Shown here: piece by piece, positions 46,862-57,362 of the stretch | How positions within the stretch are numbered: position 1 is the stretch's first letter | How the letters are laid out: each line of letters starts with the position of its first letter | DNA from: an uncultured Clostridia bacterium | GTDB taxonomy: Bacteria > Bacillota > Clostridia > TANB77 > CAG-508 | DNA: 64,000 nucleotides | Assembly: GCA_947630235.1 (NCBI GenBank) | Contig: CANRGN010000004.1 | Coordinates: 3,458 to 67,457 of the forward strand | Reading direction: 5' to 3' | Translations under genes and position numbers: made by a program | Notes under the pieces: model-generated | What the model saw: the letters and a program-made list of their open reading frames with translations, nothing else | What the model was told of the DNA's origin: nothing | Databases searched by the model: none

Positions 46862-48202
46862 ATGGATTACGGAAAAATACCACCACATGATATAGAAGCT
46901 GAACAAGCTATTTTAGGAAGTATGCTTACAGATAAAGATGCTGTTATTAGTTCATTAGAAAAATTAAAATCCCAAGATTTTTATAGAGAAGATAATAGAG
47001 AAATTTTTGAAGCTATTTTTAATTTATATTCAAAATCTTTACCTGTAGATATAGTAACTGTAAAATCCGAGTTAGTTGAAATGGGATCTTTTGAAAGAGT
47101 TGGAGGCTTTGAATATTTAGCAGAACTTCCAGATAAAGTTCCTACAACAGCTAATGTTGATATGTATATAAAAATAGTACAAGAAAAATCAATGATGAGA
47201 CGATTAATTGAGATGTCTAATGAACTTATTGCGTTAGGGTATGACGAATCTGAAGACGTGGATAGTATATTAGATGTAGCAGAGAAGAAAGTTTTTGCTC
47301 TATCTCAAAATAAAAGTTCAAAAACATATTTTTCTATGAAGGAGATTTTAGCTGCTTCTCTTGCAGAACTTGAAAAATTATATAATCAAAAGGGTATAAT
47401 AACTGGTCTTACAACTGGTTTTGCAGATTTAGATATGATGACAGCAGGGCTTCATGAATCTGATTTAATTATAGTTGCAGCAAGACCTGCTATGGGAAAA
47501 TCAGCTTTTGCAATAAATCTTGCTACTAATGCTGCAGTTAAAGCAAATAAAGGAGCTGTAATTTTCAATTTAGAAATGTCTAAAGAACAGGTGGCAAATA
47601 GAATTTTATGTAGTGAGGCTTTAGTTGATAGTAATAAAGTTAGAACAGGAAAGCTTGATGATGAAGATTGGATGAAAATTGCTACAGCTACTAGTAGCTT
47701 ATCAGAAGCTCCTATTTATATAGATGATACACCAGGTATTACAGTAATGGAAATTAGAGCAAAGTGTAGAAAATTAAAATTAGAAAAAGATATAGGATTA
47801 GTTGTAATAGATTATTTACAATTGGTTTCTGGTTCTGGTAAAAGAAATTCTACACGTGAGCAAGAAATTTCAGAAATAAGTAGATCATTGAAAATTCTTG
47901 CTAAGGAATTGGATATACCAGTTATTGCTTTATCACAATTATCTCGTAGTGCAGAAAAAAGAGATGATAAAAGGCCAATGCTTTCAGATTTGAGAGAATC
48001 TGGAGCAATAGAGCAGGATGCAGATTTAGTAATTTTCCTATATAGAGATGATTATTATAATCCTGATAGCGAAGAAAAAAATGTTGCGGAAGTAATTATA
48101 GCAAAACACAGAGGTGGATCTACAGGAACAGTAAAATTATCATGGTTACCAAATTATACCAAATTTGGTAATTTAGATAGATATCATGGAGAAGAGATGT
48201 AG
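46862..48202 (+). CDS. dnaB: Replicative DNA helicase
   Basis: PPHDIEAEQAILGSML, Walker A ARPAMGKSAF, IDYLQL and LSQLSR. RBS ggagg lies 5 nt before ATG 46862. Confidence 0.95.
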   Translation: MDYGKIPPHDIEAEQAILGSMLTDKDAVISSLEKLKSQDFYREDNREIFEAIFNLYSKSLPVDIVTVKSELVEMGSFERVGGFEYLAELPDKVPTTANVDMYIKIVQEKSMMRRLIEMSNELIALGYDESEDVDSILDVAEKKVFALSQNKSSKTYFSMKEILAASLAELEKLYNQKGIITGLTTGFADLDMMTAGLHESDLIIVAARPAMGKSAFAINLATNAAVKANKGAVIFNLEMSKEQVANRILCSEALVDSNKVRTGKLDDEDWMKIATATSSLSEAPIYIDDTPGITVMEIRAKCRKLKLEKDIGLVVIDYLQLVSGSGKRNSTREQEISEISRSLKILAKELDIPVIALSQLSRSAEKRDDKRPMLSDLRESGAIEQDADLVIFLYRDDYYNPDSEEKNVAEVIIAKHRGGSTGTVKLSWLPNYTKFGNLDRYHGEEM

Positions 48203-48211
48203 AGGATAATA

Positions 48212-49264
48212 ATGATAGAAGATGATGTTATAAATACAATAAAAAAATATAATCTAATAGAATCTGGTGATAAACTTGTTTTAGGAGTATCTGGTGGACC
48301 AGATTCTATTTGTATGCTTCAAATTTTAAATAAATTAAAATCAAAATTAAATTTTGAAATTTTTGTTGCGCATATAAATCATGGAATAAGAGAAAATGCA
48401 AAATTAGATGAGGAATATGTTTTACAATTTTGTGAAAAAATAAATGTAAAATGTTTTGTATTAAAAGCTAATGTAAAAGATTATTCTATCAAATTAAAAA
48501 AAGGATTAGAAGAAGCTGGCAGAATAATAAGATACGATTTTTTTAATAAAATTATGAAAGAGACAAATTCTAATAAAATAGCTATTGCGCATAACATTAA
48601 TGATAAAGTAGAAACAATACTTTTAAATATCCTTAGAGGTTCAGGACCAAGTGGACTTAAAGGAATACTTCCAAAAAATGGAATTTATATAAGGCCACTT
48701 ATAAATATTAAAAGAGAAGATATTGAGGAGTATACAAAAAATTTAAATCCTAGACATGATGAATCTAATGATGAAAATGAATTTTCTAGAAATAAAATTA
48801 GAAATATTGTTATACCATATATAAAAAAAGAATTTAATCCAAATATTATTACTACTATAACAAGATTATCTAATTTAATTTCAGAGGAATCTGAATATTT
48901 AGATTTAGAAACTCAAAAAATATATGAACAGATATTAATAGAAGAAAAAAATTTAAATTTAGAAGTATATAATAATGATAATAAGACTAAAATTATATCA
49001 TGCGATATAAACAATGAAGAAAAAGCTCCTACAGTAATTCTAAATTTAAAAGAATTTAATAAGCAAGATATAGTTATTCAAAAAAGATTGATATTATTTT
49101 CTATAAAAAAGATATTTGGAACTACTTTGGGAATAGAAAAAATTCATATAGATGATATAATTAAGCTATGCAATAAAGCAGAAGGAAATAAATACTTAAC
49201 TCCAAATAAACATACGAAAATTTTAATAAAAAATAATAAAATTGTTATATTTAAAATACTTTAA
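48212..49264 (+). CDS. tilS: tRNA(Ile)-lysidine synthase
   Basis: PP-loop motif LGVSGGPDSICML. The gene lies upstream of ftsH. Confidence 0.85.
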   Translation: MIEDDVINTIKKYNLIESGDKLVLGVSGGPDSICMLQILNKLKSKLNFEIFVAHINHGIRENAKLDEEYVLQFCEKINVKCFVLKANVKDYSIKLKKGLEEAGRIIRYDFFNKIMKETNSNKIAIAHNINDKVETILLNILRGSGPSGLKGILPKNGIYIRPLINIKREDIEEYTKNLNPRHDESNDENEFSRNKIRNIVIPYIKKEFNPNIITTITRLSNLISEESEYLDLETQKIYEQILIEEKNLNLEVYNNDNKTKIISCDINNEEKAPTVILNLKEFNKQDIVIQKRLILFSIKKIFGTTLGIEKIHIDDIIKLCNKAEGNKYLTPNKHTKILIKNNKIVIFKIL

Positions 49265-49387
49265 TAATCCGTAGCAAGAGCCTAGAAACACAATATTACA
49301 GCAATATTTCTTTTTCAAAAAACTATTGCTATTAAATTTTTGGTATGCTATATTTTATTCAAATGAAAATTAGAGGAGGAAAAAAAC

Positions 49388-51190
49388 TTGAAAAAAGGAA
49401 TTAGAAATTTGGCAATGTGGCTAGTTTTAATAATTCTTGCAGTTGTTATATTTAGTGCAGCTATGAACAATGCTTCAACTAAAATGAATTATTCAGAACT
49501 TGTAAATAATATTGCTGCAGGAAAAGTAGAAAAAATAGTATTATCATCAGATGGTACAGTAGCAGATGTTACAATTAGTGATGATAATGTAGCTAAAGAA
49601 GTTACAATACCTAGTGTTGATAATTTAATGAATCAAATTAATCAAAAAATGGTGGATGGAGCAATTGAACTTGATCAGGAAGAAACTTCAATGATAGTTA
49701 CATTATTAAGTGTATTTTCACCAGTATTAATTCTTATAGTATTTTTAATATTCTGGGTATTATTAATGAATCCAAATCAAGGAGGAAAAAATTCTTCAAT
49801 GACATTTGGAAAGAGCAAAGCTAGAATGATTAATAATACAGATAAAACAAAAGTTACATTTAAAGATGTTGCTGGTGTAGATGAAGAAAAAGAAGAATTA
49901 GAAGAGATTGTAGAATTTTTAAAATCACCAAAAAAATTCACAGATATGGGTGCTAGAATACCAAAAGGTGTTTTACTTGTTGGTCAACCTGGTACAGGTA
50001 AAACATTACTTGCAAAAGCTGTTGCAGGAGAAGCTGGTGTTCCTTTCTTTATAATAAGTGGATCGGATTTCGTAGAAATGTTCGTTGGTGTTGGTGCATC
50101 AAGAGTTAGAGATTTATTTGATCAAGCAAAGAAAAATGCACCATGTATTATATTTATAGATGAAATTGATGCTGTTGGTCGTCAAAGAGGTGCTGGACTT
50201 GGTGGAGGACATGATGAAAGAGAGCAAACATTAAATCAATTATTAGTTGAAATGGATGGTTTTGCTGCAAATGAAGGTGTTATAGTTTTAGCAGCTACAA
50301 ATAGACCTGATGTTTTAGATAAAGCATTACTTAGAGCAGGAAGATTTGATAGACAAATTGTTGTTGGAAGCCCTGATGTTAAAGCTAGAGAACAAATATT
50401 AGAAGTTCATGCTAGAAAGAAACGTTTAGCAAGTGATGTTGATTTAGGTACAATAGCTAAAAATACAGCAGGTTTCGCTGGTGCAGATTTGGAAAACATA
50501 TTAAATGAAGCTGCTTTACTTGCTGCAAGAAGAAATAAGAGTGAAATTGGAATGGTAGAAATAGAAGATGCTATGGTTAAAGTTACAATGGGACCTGAAA
50601 AGAAAACAAAAGTAATTAGTGATAAAGAGAAAAAACTAGTTGCTTTCCATGAAGCTGGTCACGCTGTTGTAAGTAGATTTTTGCCAACACAAGACAATGT
50701 GCATCAAATTTCAATAATACCTAGAGGTATGGCTGGTGGATATACTATGTATAGGCCATCTGAAGATAAATCATTTATGTCAAAATCTGAAATGGAAGAA
50801 AATATAGTATCTTTACTTGGAGGTAGAGTTGCAGAACAATTAGTTTTAGGAGATATATCTACTGGTGCAAGCAATGATATTGAAAGAGCTACAAAAATTG
50901 CTAGAGCAATGGTTACAAAATATGGTATGAGCGAAGTTTTAGGAGCTATTCAATATGGTTCTGGTCAAGAAGAAGTATTCTTAGGTAGAGATTTTGCACA
51001 AGGTAAAGACTTTAGTGAACAAACATCAGCTTTAATAGATTCAGAAGTTAAGAAGATAGTTGATACAGCATATCAAACTGCAGTTAAATTATTAACAGAC
51101 AATATGGATAAATTACATGCAGTAGCTACTGTTCTTATGGAAAAAGAGAAAATTGATGGAGTTGAATTTGAGGAAATAATGAATAAATAA
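49388..51190 (+). CDS. ftsH: ATP-dependent zinc metalloprotease FtsH
   Basis: Walker [24 protein letters not shown], the SRH region, and zinc site HEAGHA. TTG start after RBS aggagga. Confidence 0.97.
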   Translation: MKKGIRNLAMWLVLIILAVVIFSAAMNNASTKMNYSELVNNIAAGKVEKIVLSSDGTVADVTISDDNVAKEVTIPSVDNLMNQINQKMVDGAIELDQEETSMIVTLLSVFSPVLILIVFLIFWVLLMNPNQGGKNSSMTFGKSKARMINNTDKTKVTFKDVAGVDEEKEELEEIVEFLKSPKKFTDMGARIPKGVLLVGQPGTGKTLLAKAVAGEAGVPFFIISGSDFVEMFVGVGASRVRDLFDQAKKNAPCIIFIDEIDAVGRQRGAGLGGGHDEREQTLNQLLVEMDGFAANEGVIVLAATNRPDVLDKALLRAGRFDRQIVVGSPDVKAREQILEVHARKKRLASDVDLGTIAKNTAGFAGADLENILNEAALLAARRNKSEIGMVEIEDAMVKVTMGPEKKTKVISDKEKKLVAFHEAGHAVVSRFLPTQDNVHQISIIPRGMAGGYTMYRPSEDKSFMSKSEMEENIVSLLGGRVAEQLVLGDISTGASNDIERATKIARAMVTKYGMSEVLGAIQYGSGQEEVFLGRDFAQGKDFSEQTSALIDSEVKKIVDTAYQTAVKLLTDNMDKLHAVATVLMEKEKIDGVEFEEIMNK

Positions 51191-51211
51191 TTAACTGTAA
51201 AAAGTTTTAAG

Positions 51212-51242
51212 AAAAATGAGCGAAAATTTCGCTCATTTTTTT
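51212..51242. terminator. Intrinsic terminator after ftsH, embedded in a longer palindrome of about 33 bp per arm
   Basis: aaaaatgagcg-aaaattt-cgctcattttttt, with outer arms ctgtaaaaa...tttttacag. Confidence 0.85.
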
Positions 51243-51306
51243 CTTAGAAATTTTTACAGTTATTTGCTTTAATTATAGTGGTTATAATTTTAAGCAAATA
51301 GACAAT

Positions 51307-51348
51307 AAAAAAACACATCTGTAACTTGATGGTTTGATGTGTTTTTTT
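51307..51348 (+). terminator. Second intrinsic terminator
   Basis: aaaaaaacacatc ... gatgtgttttttt. Confidence 0.7.
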
Positions 51349-51492
51349 ACATATTAAACTGGCAAACTACGTTTGTGGTTTCTTCATTTTCTATATTTAG
51401 TATATAAATTCTTTAATTTTTTGTCAATCACTTTTTTACTCTTACAAGTTTGATTATATTTATAAAGAAAAAATATCATAAATAAAAAGTTT

Positions 51493-51537
51493 AAATAGGA
51501 AATAGGTGAATAACCACTTATTTCCTATTTATTTTTT
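51493..51537 (+). terminator. Third intrinsic terminator, immediately upstream of the kinase/helicase operon promoter
   Basis: aaataggaaataggtg-aataac-cacttatttcctattt followed by atttttt. Confidence 0.75.
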
Positions 51538-51540
51538 CTA

Positions 51541-51569
51541 TTGAAAAAAAATTTTTTTATTGATACAAT
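51541..51569 (+). promoter_or_regulatory. Sigma-A promoter of the six-gene operon
   Basis: TTGAAA, 17 nt, then TGaTACAAT, 29 nt upstream of ATG 51598. Confidence 0.55.
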
Positions 51570-51597
51570 ATAAAAAAATATATTTAGGAGAACGATT

Positions 51598-53253
51598 ATG
51601 GAAAAAGAATATTTGAATTATTTAAAGTTTTTATCTGCTAATTCAAATGTAACTGTTAGGGAAAAATTATATCCTATTATTGAATATGTATGCTTGAATT
51701 TAAAAGATGATTGTAAAGGAGCTATAATTAAAATTAGGGAATTTCTAAATCTAATGGAAAAATGTATAGGAAGCTCTAAAATTAGAAAAGCTCACTTAAG
51801 TGATACGGAGTTGGGATTAATAGATGAATTCAAAAATTTAAATGAAAATGAACCATTTTCTGAAGATTTGTATTCTAAAGAATTGAAACTTTTAGAGATA
51901 ATTTATAAAGTATGTTCTAAATTTTTGGGAAGAAAAGAATATATTTCTTATTTTAGCTGTTTAGAAAAATATAATGATATATATAGTAAAGTTAAAAGTT
52001 GTATAAGAAATTACAAAGTGGATCCCGTTACTTCTGTTAGTGATTTAAGAACTGCTTTGGTTAATTTTTGCCATTTAGTTGAAAAAAGAGAACATCAAAA
52101 TATTCCAAGAGGTACTGGAGAAAATAAAGCTGCTATAGATATGTTAAAAAAACTCAATATGATAAATAGTTCGGAAAAAGAGATTTTTGATGAGTTAATT
52201 TCAAATAGAAATTCACTAACATATAATGATGCTAATAATAAAAAGACAATAAATAAAGTTATAAATGAAAATGGAGAGATAGAAAACGATTTAGAAATCC
52301 ATAGATATGTAAGGAATTTACATGATGCTTTAATAATTTTTTATAGATTGGTAAATAGATATTTTACTAGTCATTATAATGAAAATTTTGACTTCCCAGA
52401 AGAATACTTTCCTATAGGTGATGCAGAAGTATTATATGCTGAACCAAATAGAGACAGACAATTTGGTCAACATAATTGTACATATTATATTAAAAAACCA
52501 GGTGGATATGAAGGATTCAGTCAAGAAGCAATTATTAGGGAATATGCTGATATTGAATTAGAAAATAATTTAAATCATAATAACACAGGTGTAATAATAA
52601 CTCAAAATTTAGAATATGAGGAAGATAAGAAATATTTTTTAGATGAGTTTAGTATTCCTACAGCAAATACTTCTTATTATAAATATATTGGATATCATAG
52701 AAATAAAGGATACATACCTTTAAAATATGCTATGAATCTTACAACTAAACAAGCAACAGAAGTTTTAATTCAAATTGCAAATGCACTTGAAGTTTTGAGA
52801 AAGGTTGAGCCAGTTATATATCATAGAAATTTAAGTACTCAAACTATTTTATTTAAATTTGATAGAGAAGGAAAAGTAAATATTAAAATTGGATATTTCG
52901 AGTTAATTAAGATAAATAGTGAGCAACCGACAGTTAGTGATAGAATTAGAGAAAATAATTTTCTTCCTAAAGAGGTTATGCACAATGCTGATATTAGAAA
53001 TAGAAATTATGATTGGTCTAAGTTTGATATATATTCTATGGGAATAATATATTTATATTTATTACTTCATAGAGAGGTTAGCATTATAGGAAGTGTTGAG
53101 AATTATATGGATAATTTAACAGAATTAGTAAATTCTATTGACGTAGATAAGGATATTAAAGATTTAATTATAAGTATGTGTAATTTACCTTTATTAAGAT
53201 GTAATTTAGATACATGTATACAAAAATTAAAAGAAATTAATGAAAAAATATAA
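51598..53253 (+). CDS. Helical N-terminal domain fused to a degenerate protein-kinase-like (pseudokinase) domain
   Basis: RBS aggaga. The C-terminal half keeps the kinase scaffold but has altered catalytic motifs: YHRNLSTQTILF (HRD to HRN), IGYFEL (in place of DFG), LPKEV (in place of APE) and DIYSMGIIYLYLL (the DxWSxG-like helix F). Confidence 0.65.
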   Translation: MEKEYLNYLKFLSANSNVTVREKLYPIIEYVCLNLKDDCKGAIIKIREFLNLMEKCIGSSKIRKAHLSDTELGLIDEFKNLNENEPFSEDLYSKELKLLEIIYKVCSKFLGRKEYISYFSCLEKYNDIYSKVKSCIRNYKVDPVTSVSDLRTALVNFCHLVEKREHQNIPRGTGENKAAIDMLKKLNMINSSEKEIFDELISNRNSLTYNDANNKKTINKVINENGEIENDLEIHRYVRNLHDALIIFYRLVNRYFTSHYNENFDFPEEYFPIGDAEVLYAEPNRDRQFGQHNCTYYIKKPGGYEGFSQEAIIREYADIELENNLNHNNTGVIITQNLEYEEDKKYFLDEFSIPTANTSYYKYIGYHRNKGYIPLKYAMNLTTKQATEVLIQIANALEVLRKVEPVIYHRNLSTQTILFKFDREGKVNIKIGYFELIKINSEQPTVSDRIRENNFLPKEVMHNADIRNRNYDWSKFDIYSMGIIYLYLLLHREVSIIGSVENYMDNLTELVNSIDVDKDIKDLIISMCNLPLLRCNLDTCIQKLKEINEKI

Positions 53254-53271
53254 AAGGATTGAGGAAAGAAT

Positions 53272-54111
53272 ATGGCAGATTTAGATTATAATTTGAGAAG
53301 AAAGTATAATAGAATTGATACAATACATGAAAATCCAAATACTAATGTTAAGTTTTGGATTGGAAAAGATGAAGTTTTATGTAGACTAGTTGGGATAAAG
53401 GAGTTTCCATTACAAAATGATAAAGAAAATCAAGTAAGAAATGAAATAATAACTAATATTAATTTTTCAAGAATAACACCATATATTCCACAAGTATATG
53501 AATATTTTGTGGATTATAGAAATAGAAAAATATATATTGTTTCTGAATATGTTGGTGAAAAAAATTTAAGAAAAGCAATAAATAATAATGAAATAAATGA
53601 AAAAAAAGCATTTGATATTATTGAAAAATTAATTTACATATTAAATAGTATTCAAAAAAAATTTAACCACATAAATCATAGAGATTTAAAACCTGAAAAT
53701 ATATTATTAGATAAATCAGGAAATGTATATTTAATAGATTTTGGATTGACTGCTATACCTTTAATTTATGGTGAGGGAACAAATGGATATAAAGCACCAG
53801 AACAAAGCAATGGAAGATCAGCTGATGGATTTTTGAAGGTAGATCAATATGCTTTAGGAATAATGTTTTGTGAATTATTATTAGGATATCTTCCTACATA
53901 TGGAACTGATTTTTTAAATGGAAATTCTGAAATGAGAGAACAATTTCCGTTAGTTCAAAATTTAAAAGCTAAAGGATACACAAATAATTTCGTAAATTTC
54001 ATATTTAAATTAATAAATAATAATCCTAGTGATAGGTATCGTAATATGGAAGAGGTTTTATTTCAATTGAAAGGTTTTAAAAAGAATAATTATGGAAAAG
54101 CTAAAAGATAA
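53272..54111 (+). CDS. Hanks-type Ser/Thr protein kinase (catalytic domain only, weak Gly-loop)
   Basis: LVGIKEF (VAIK Lys), HRDLKPENILLD, IDFGLT, GTNGYKAPE, DQYALGIMFCELLLG and PSDRY. Confidence 0.85.
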   Translation: MADLDYNLRRKYNRIDTIHENPNTNVKFWIGKDEVLCRLVGIKEFPLQNDKENQVRNEIITNINFSRITPYIPQVYEYFVDYRNRKIYIVSEYVGEKNLRKAINNNEINEKKAFDIIEKLIYILNSIQKKFNHINHRDLKPENILLDKSGNVYLIDFGLTAIPLIYGEGTNGYKAPEQSNGRSADGFLKVDQYALGIMFCELLLGYLPTYGTDFLNGNSEMREQFPLVQNLKAKGYTNNFVNFIFKLINNNPSDRYRNMEEVLFQLKGFKKNNYGKAKR

Positions 54112-54236
54112 AATAAAAAATAGATTATTTAAAATGAGTATAGCAAATAACAAATATGATTTGCCTGTAAAACTAGATAAAGATTTCTTTAAAAGAGAAA
54201 ACGCTGAAAAAAATAAAATGATAATAAGGAGATAAG

Positions 54237-57200
54237 ATGGAAAATCGTTTATGGCCAGATAACCAATATCTAAATTTAAATGATATAAGTCCAAATAAAA
54301 GTATTGATTTTTATTTTACTAGTGTATTAGATAAATTAATAGAAACATATAAAGAAAATAGAGTAAAATCTTTATTAGAACATACGGCATCAAAAGGTTA
54401 TTTTTTAATTTATTATAGAGAAGATTCTAATCATGAACCTACTATTAACATATTAATTGATAATCTTTTGGATGATAGTATTGATGATTTAGTTTTTACT
54501 GTTGCATTAAGTAGAAATATTGAAGCTAATGAAGAAGATGATGAAAGAAGATTGATGATTACATATTCTCAAGAAAAAGATATAAATACTGGACATTATA
54601 TGGCTGAAAGCGGTATTTTGGTAAAATGTAATAATATTTCATTTTCTCGAATTGCAACAGGTGGTAATTTAACTGTATATGGAAATAAAAAAAGTGAGAG
54701 TTTTAATCCAGAAGAGTTATTTAATATTTTTAAAGAAAAAAGATTGCACAAGGTTGAAAAAAAAGAAAGTAAAAAAACTATTTGTAATGAATGGGCAAAT
54801 ATTTTAAAATATGCAAAAGATTTTACAGATCTGGAAGATAATCTTGAAAGAATAGCTTTAGTATCAAAAACAACTTTAAATTATACTAAATTTGAAAGTG
54901 TTTTTCAAAATGTGGATTCTGATGTTAGATATAAATTTTTTGTAGATAGTATAGGAAAACAAGGATATGAAAAAGGAATAGGAATAGATATAAATGATAC
55001 CTTTGGAACATTAAAAAGACCAATCGGAGGTAAGATTTCTGAAATAGATAAGAATGAAAATAGTATTGTTGTTTCTTTCCCTAATCAAATTAGTGTAGAA
55101 AAAATTCCTACAAGTGGAACTATTTCTCTTACATATACTAATGTTCAATCTCGTGTTAGAAATAATGTTATTTCATCTATGAGAAATTTAGAAAAAGGTG
55201 AATATTTAAATGATATTTTTGCTAATGGAGGAAAATGTTTAGAATTTGAAAATATTGATTTAAGTGCTTTAGAAGAAAAATGGAAAAGAAAGCAACAAGA
55301 AGTTGATAGGATTAAATCTCTACCTAAAGAAGAACAGAAGAATTTTAAGATTGATTATCCACCTACAGATTCTCAACAAATAGCTATAAAAAATGGTATA
55401 AAAGCAAAAGATTTTTATTTAGTTTGGGGACCTCCTGGAACTGGAAAAACAACTGTTATATTGGAATGGGTAAATTATTTTGCTAGTCAAGGAAAAAAAG
55501 TTTTAATATCTTCTCAAAATAATAAAGCAGTTGATAATGTATTAGAACGTTTACCAGAAGAAATAAGAGAAAATAGTATTAGAATTGGTAACGAAGATAA
55601 AATTCAAGAAAATAATAGAGAAGTTTGGTATCAACAAAAAGTAAGTAGTTTAAGTAATTTATTAGAAAAAAATGTTGAAAAGAATAAGGTATTATTTGAT
55701 GAAAAAATTACAGGGATAAAAGATAAACATAAAAAATTAAAAGAGTATCAAAATGAATTTGAAAAATTATTTAGTAATTATAATTCTGATATTTTAAATA
55801 AAATTATTGGTGATTTTAATTATTTTTTAAAAATGGCAAAAGAAACGTATTTAAAATACATTAATGTTTCTATGGAAATAGAATATATTGAAAATAAGAT
55901 TCCTAAATTACCTTTTTTAAAAATTTTTTTTAAAAGTAAATATAGAGATAAATATTATACTCAAAAAGCATTAGTAAATTCTTATAATAAGTATATTGAT
56001 GCAATTTTAGATATAGATAAGGAAATGATTGTAAATGATTTAGAAGAATTTATTAAAACACACGAATTTGTAGATAAAAATGTAGAATCTTTTTATGTTA
56101 GTAGAATGACAGATATAGGGTTTATAGTAAGAGTAAAAGATTATCTGAATAATAGTATAAAAGAATGTGAAAAAGTAATTGAAGAATTAGAAGTTTTAAT
56201 TCAAGGAAATAAAGAATGGGAAGAACAAATTAAAAAAAGAAATGATGCAATAACTTCAGAAATTATTTTAAAATCAACAAGAGTAGTAGGTGCTACTTGT
56301 ATAGGAATAAGTACTAGAAGAATATTTCAAAATATTGATTTTGATATTTCTATAATAGATGAATCAGGTCAAATTCAATTGCATAATGCTTTAGTTCCTA
56401 TGGCTAGAAGTAATAAAACTATTATGTTAGGTGATCACAAACAGATTCCACCTAGTCCAAAAGAAGAAATTTTATCTGTTATAAAAGAGTTAGGAATACC
56501 TCTTGAACAGAAATTATATGAAAATAGTTTCTTTGATTATTTATATACAGATTTAATTGATGAAAAAAATAAAACTATATTAGATACACAATTTAGAATG
56601 CCAGGTGAAATTGCGGATCTTTTATCAATATATTTTTATGAGAGTAAATATAAATCAGCTGAATTTAAAAGAGGGTTACCTCCTTTAGTAGATTTTCTTG
56701 AAAAACCATTTTGTTTAATTGATACTTTGGATTATGGAAAAATGAGGTTTGAGAATAGCAAAGAAGAAGGAGGAGGAAGAGTAAATAAGCTTGAGTGTGC
56801 AATTATTATAGATTTAGTTGAATATTTACTCGATAATAATAAAGTTGAGAAAAATGAAATTGGTATAATAGTTCCGTATAAAGATCAATTAAGATATATA
56901 AGAAAATCTTTGAATGAAAGATTTAAAAATAAATATCAGGCTTCAGAAATTAAAGATATGGTTGGTACATTAGATAGTTTTCAAGGACAAGAACGTGATT
57001 TAATTATATATGGAATTACTAGAAGTAATAAAAGACCACCAGATAAACAAAGAATAGGATTCTTATCTGAACTTAGAAGATTTAATGTAGCCTTATCTCG
57101 TCCTAAAAAACAAGTTGTTATTGTTGGTGATTTTGAGTTTTTAAAAGAATGTGAAAATGAAGGAAATGTGAAGATTGATGATGATATAAATGATGATCAA

Positions 57201-57362
57201 TATACATATAAACCAAGTACTGAAAAAGATTTTGGTGAATTTGTAAAAGCTATGTATAAAGACGTAGTAGAAGATAAGAAGGGAAGTTTTATAAAATCTA
57301 AAGATTTATATAGAAGAATTGGTAAAGGAGGTCCTAAATTTGAGCAAAAAAAGCAAAAATAA
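54237..57362 (+). CDS. Upf1/DNA2-like superfamily 1 helicase (AAA_11/AAA_12 type) with an uncharacterised N-terminal region of about 390 aa
   Basis: Motif I WGPPGTGKTT, Ia SSQNNKAVDNV, II IIDESGQ, III LGDHKQIPP, IV LDTQFRMP, V LDSFQGQERDLIIY, VI RRFNVALSRPK. Confidence 0.85.
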   Translation: MENRLWPDNQYLNLNDISPNKSIDFYFTSVLDKLIETYKENRVKSLLEHTASKGYFLIYYREDSNHEPTINILIDNLLDDSIDDLVFTVALSRNIEANEEDDERRLMITYSQEKDINTGHYMAESGILVKCNNISFSRIATGGNLTVYGNKKSESFNPEELFNIFKEKRLHKVEKKESKKTICNEWANILKYAKDFTDLEDNLERIALVSKTTLNYTKFESVFQNVDSDVRYKFFVDSIGKQGYEKGIGIDINDTFGTLKRPIGGKISEIDKNENSIVVSFPNQISVEKIPTSGTISLTYTNVQSRVRNNVISSMRNLEKGEYLNDIFANGGKCLEFENIDLSALEEKWKRKQQEVDRIKSLPKEEQKNFKIDYPPTDSQQIAIKNGIKAKDFYLVWGPPGTGKTTVILEWVNYFASQGKKVLISSQNNKAVDNVLERLPEEIRENSIRIGNEDKIQENNREVWYQQKVSSLSNLLEKNVEKNKVLFDEKITGIKDKHKKLKEYQNEFEKLFSNYNSDILNKIIGDFNYFLKMAKETYLKYINVSMEIEYIENKIPKLPFLKIFFKSKYRDKYYTQKALVNSYNKYIDAILDIDKEMIVNDLEEFIKTHEFVDKNVESFYVSRMTDIGFIVRVKDYLNNSIKECEKVIEELEVLIQGNKEWEEQIKKRNDAITSEIILKSTRVVGATCIGISTRRIFQNIDFDISIIDESGQIQLHNALVPMARSNKTIMLGDHKQIPPSPKEEILSVIKELGIPLEQKLYENSFFDYLYTDLIDEKNKTILDTQFRMPGEIADLLSIYFYESKYKSAEFKRGLPPLVDFLEKPFCLIDTLDYGKMRFENSKEEGGGRVNKLECAIIIDLVEYLLDNNKVEKNEIGIIVPYKDQLRYIRKSLNERFKNKYQASEIKDMVGTLDSFQGQERDLIIYGITRSNKRPPDKQRIGFLSELRRFNVALSRPKKQVVIVGDFEFLKECENEGNVKIDDDINDDQYTYKPSTEKDFGEFVKAMYKDVVEDKKGSFIKSKDLYRRIGKGGPKFEQKKQK

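Noticed and set aside
54134-54235. 33-codon ORF (MSIANNKYDLPVKLDKDFFKRENAEKNKMIIRR) in the 125-nt gap between the kinase and helicase genes.
   Set aside because: No Shine-Dalgarno precedes it. Its end simply contains the helicase RBS. I cannot distinguish it from chance in AT-rich DNA.
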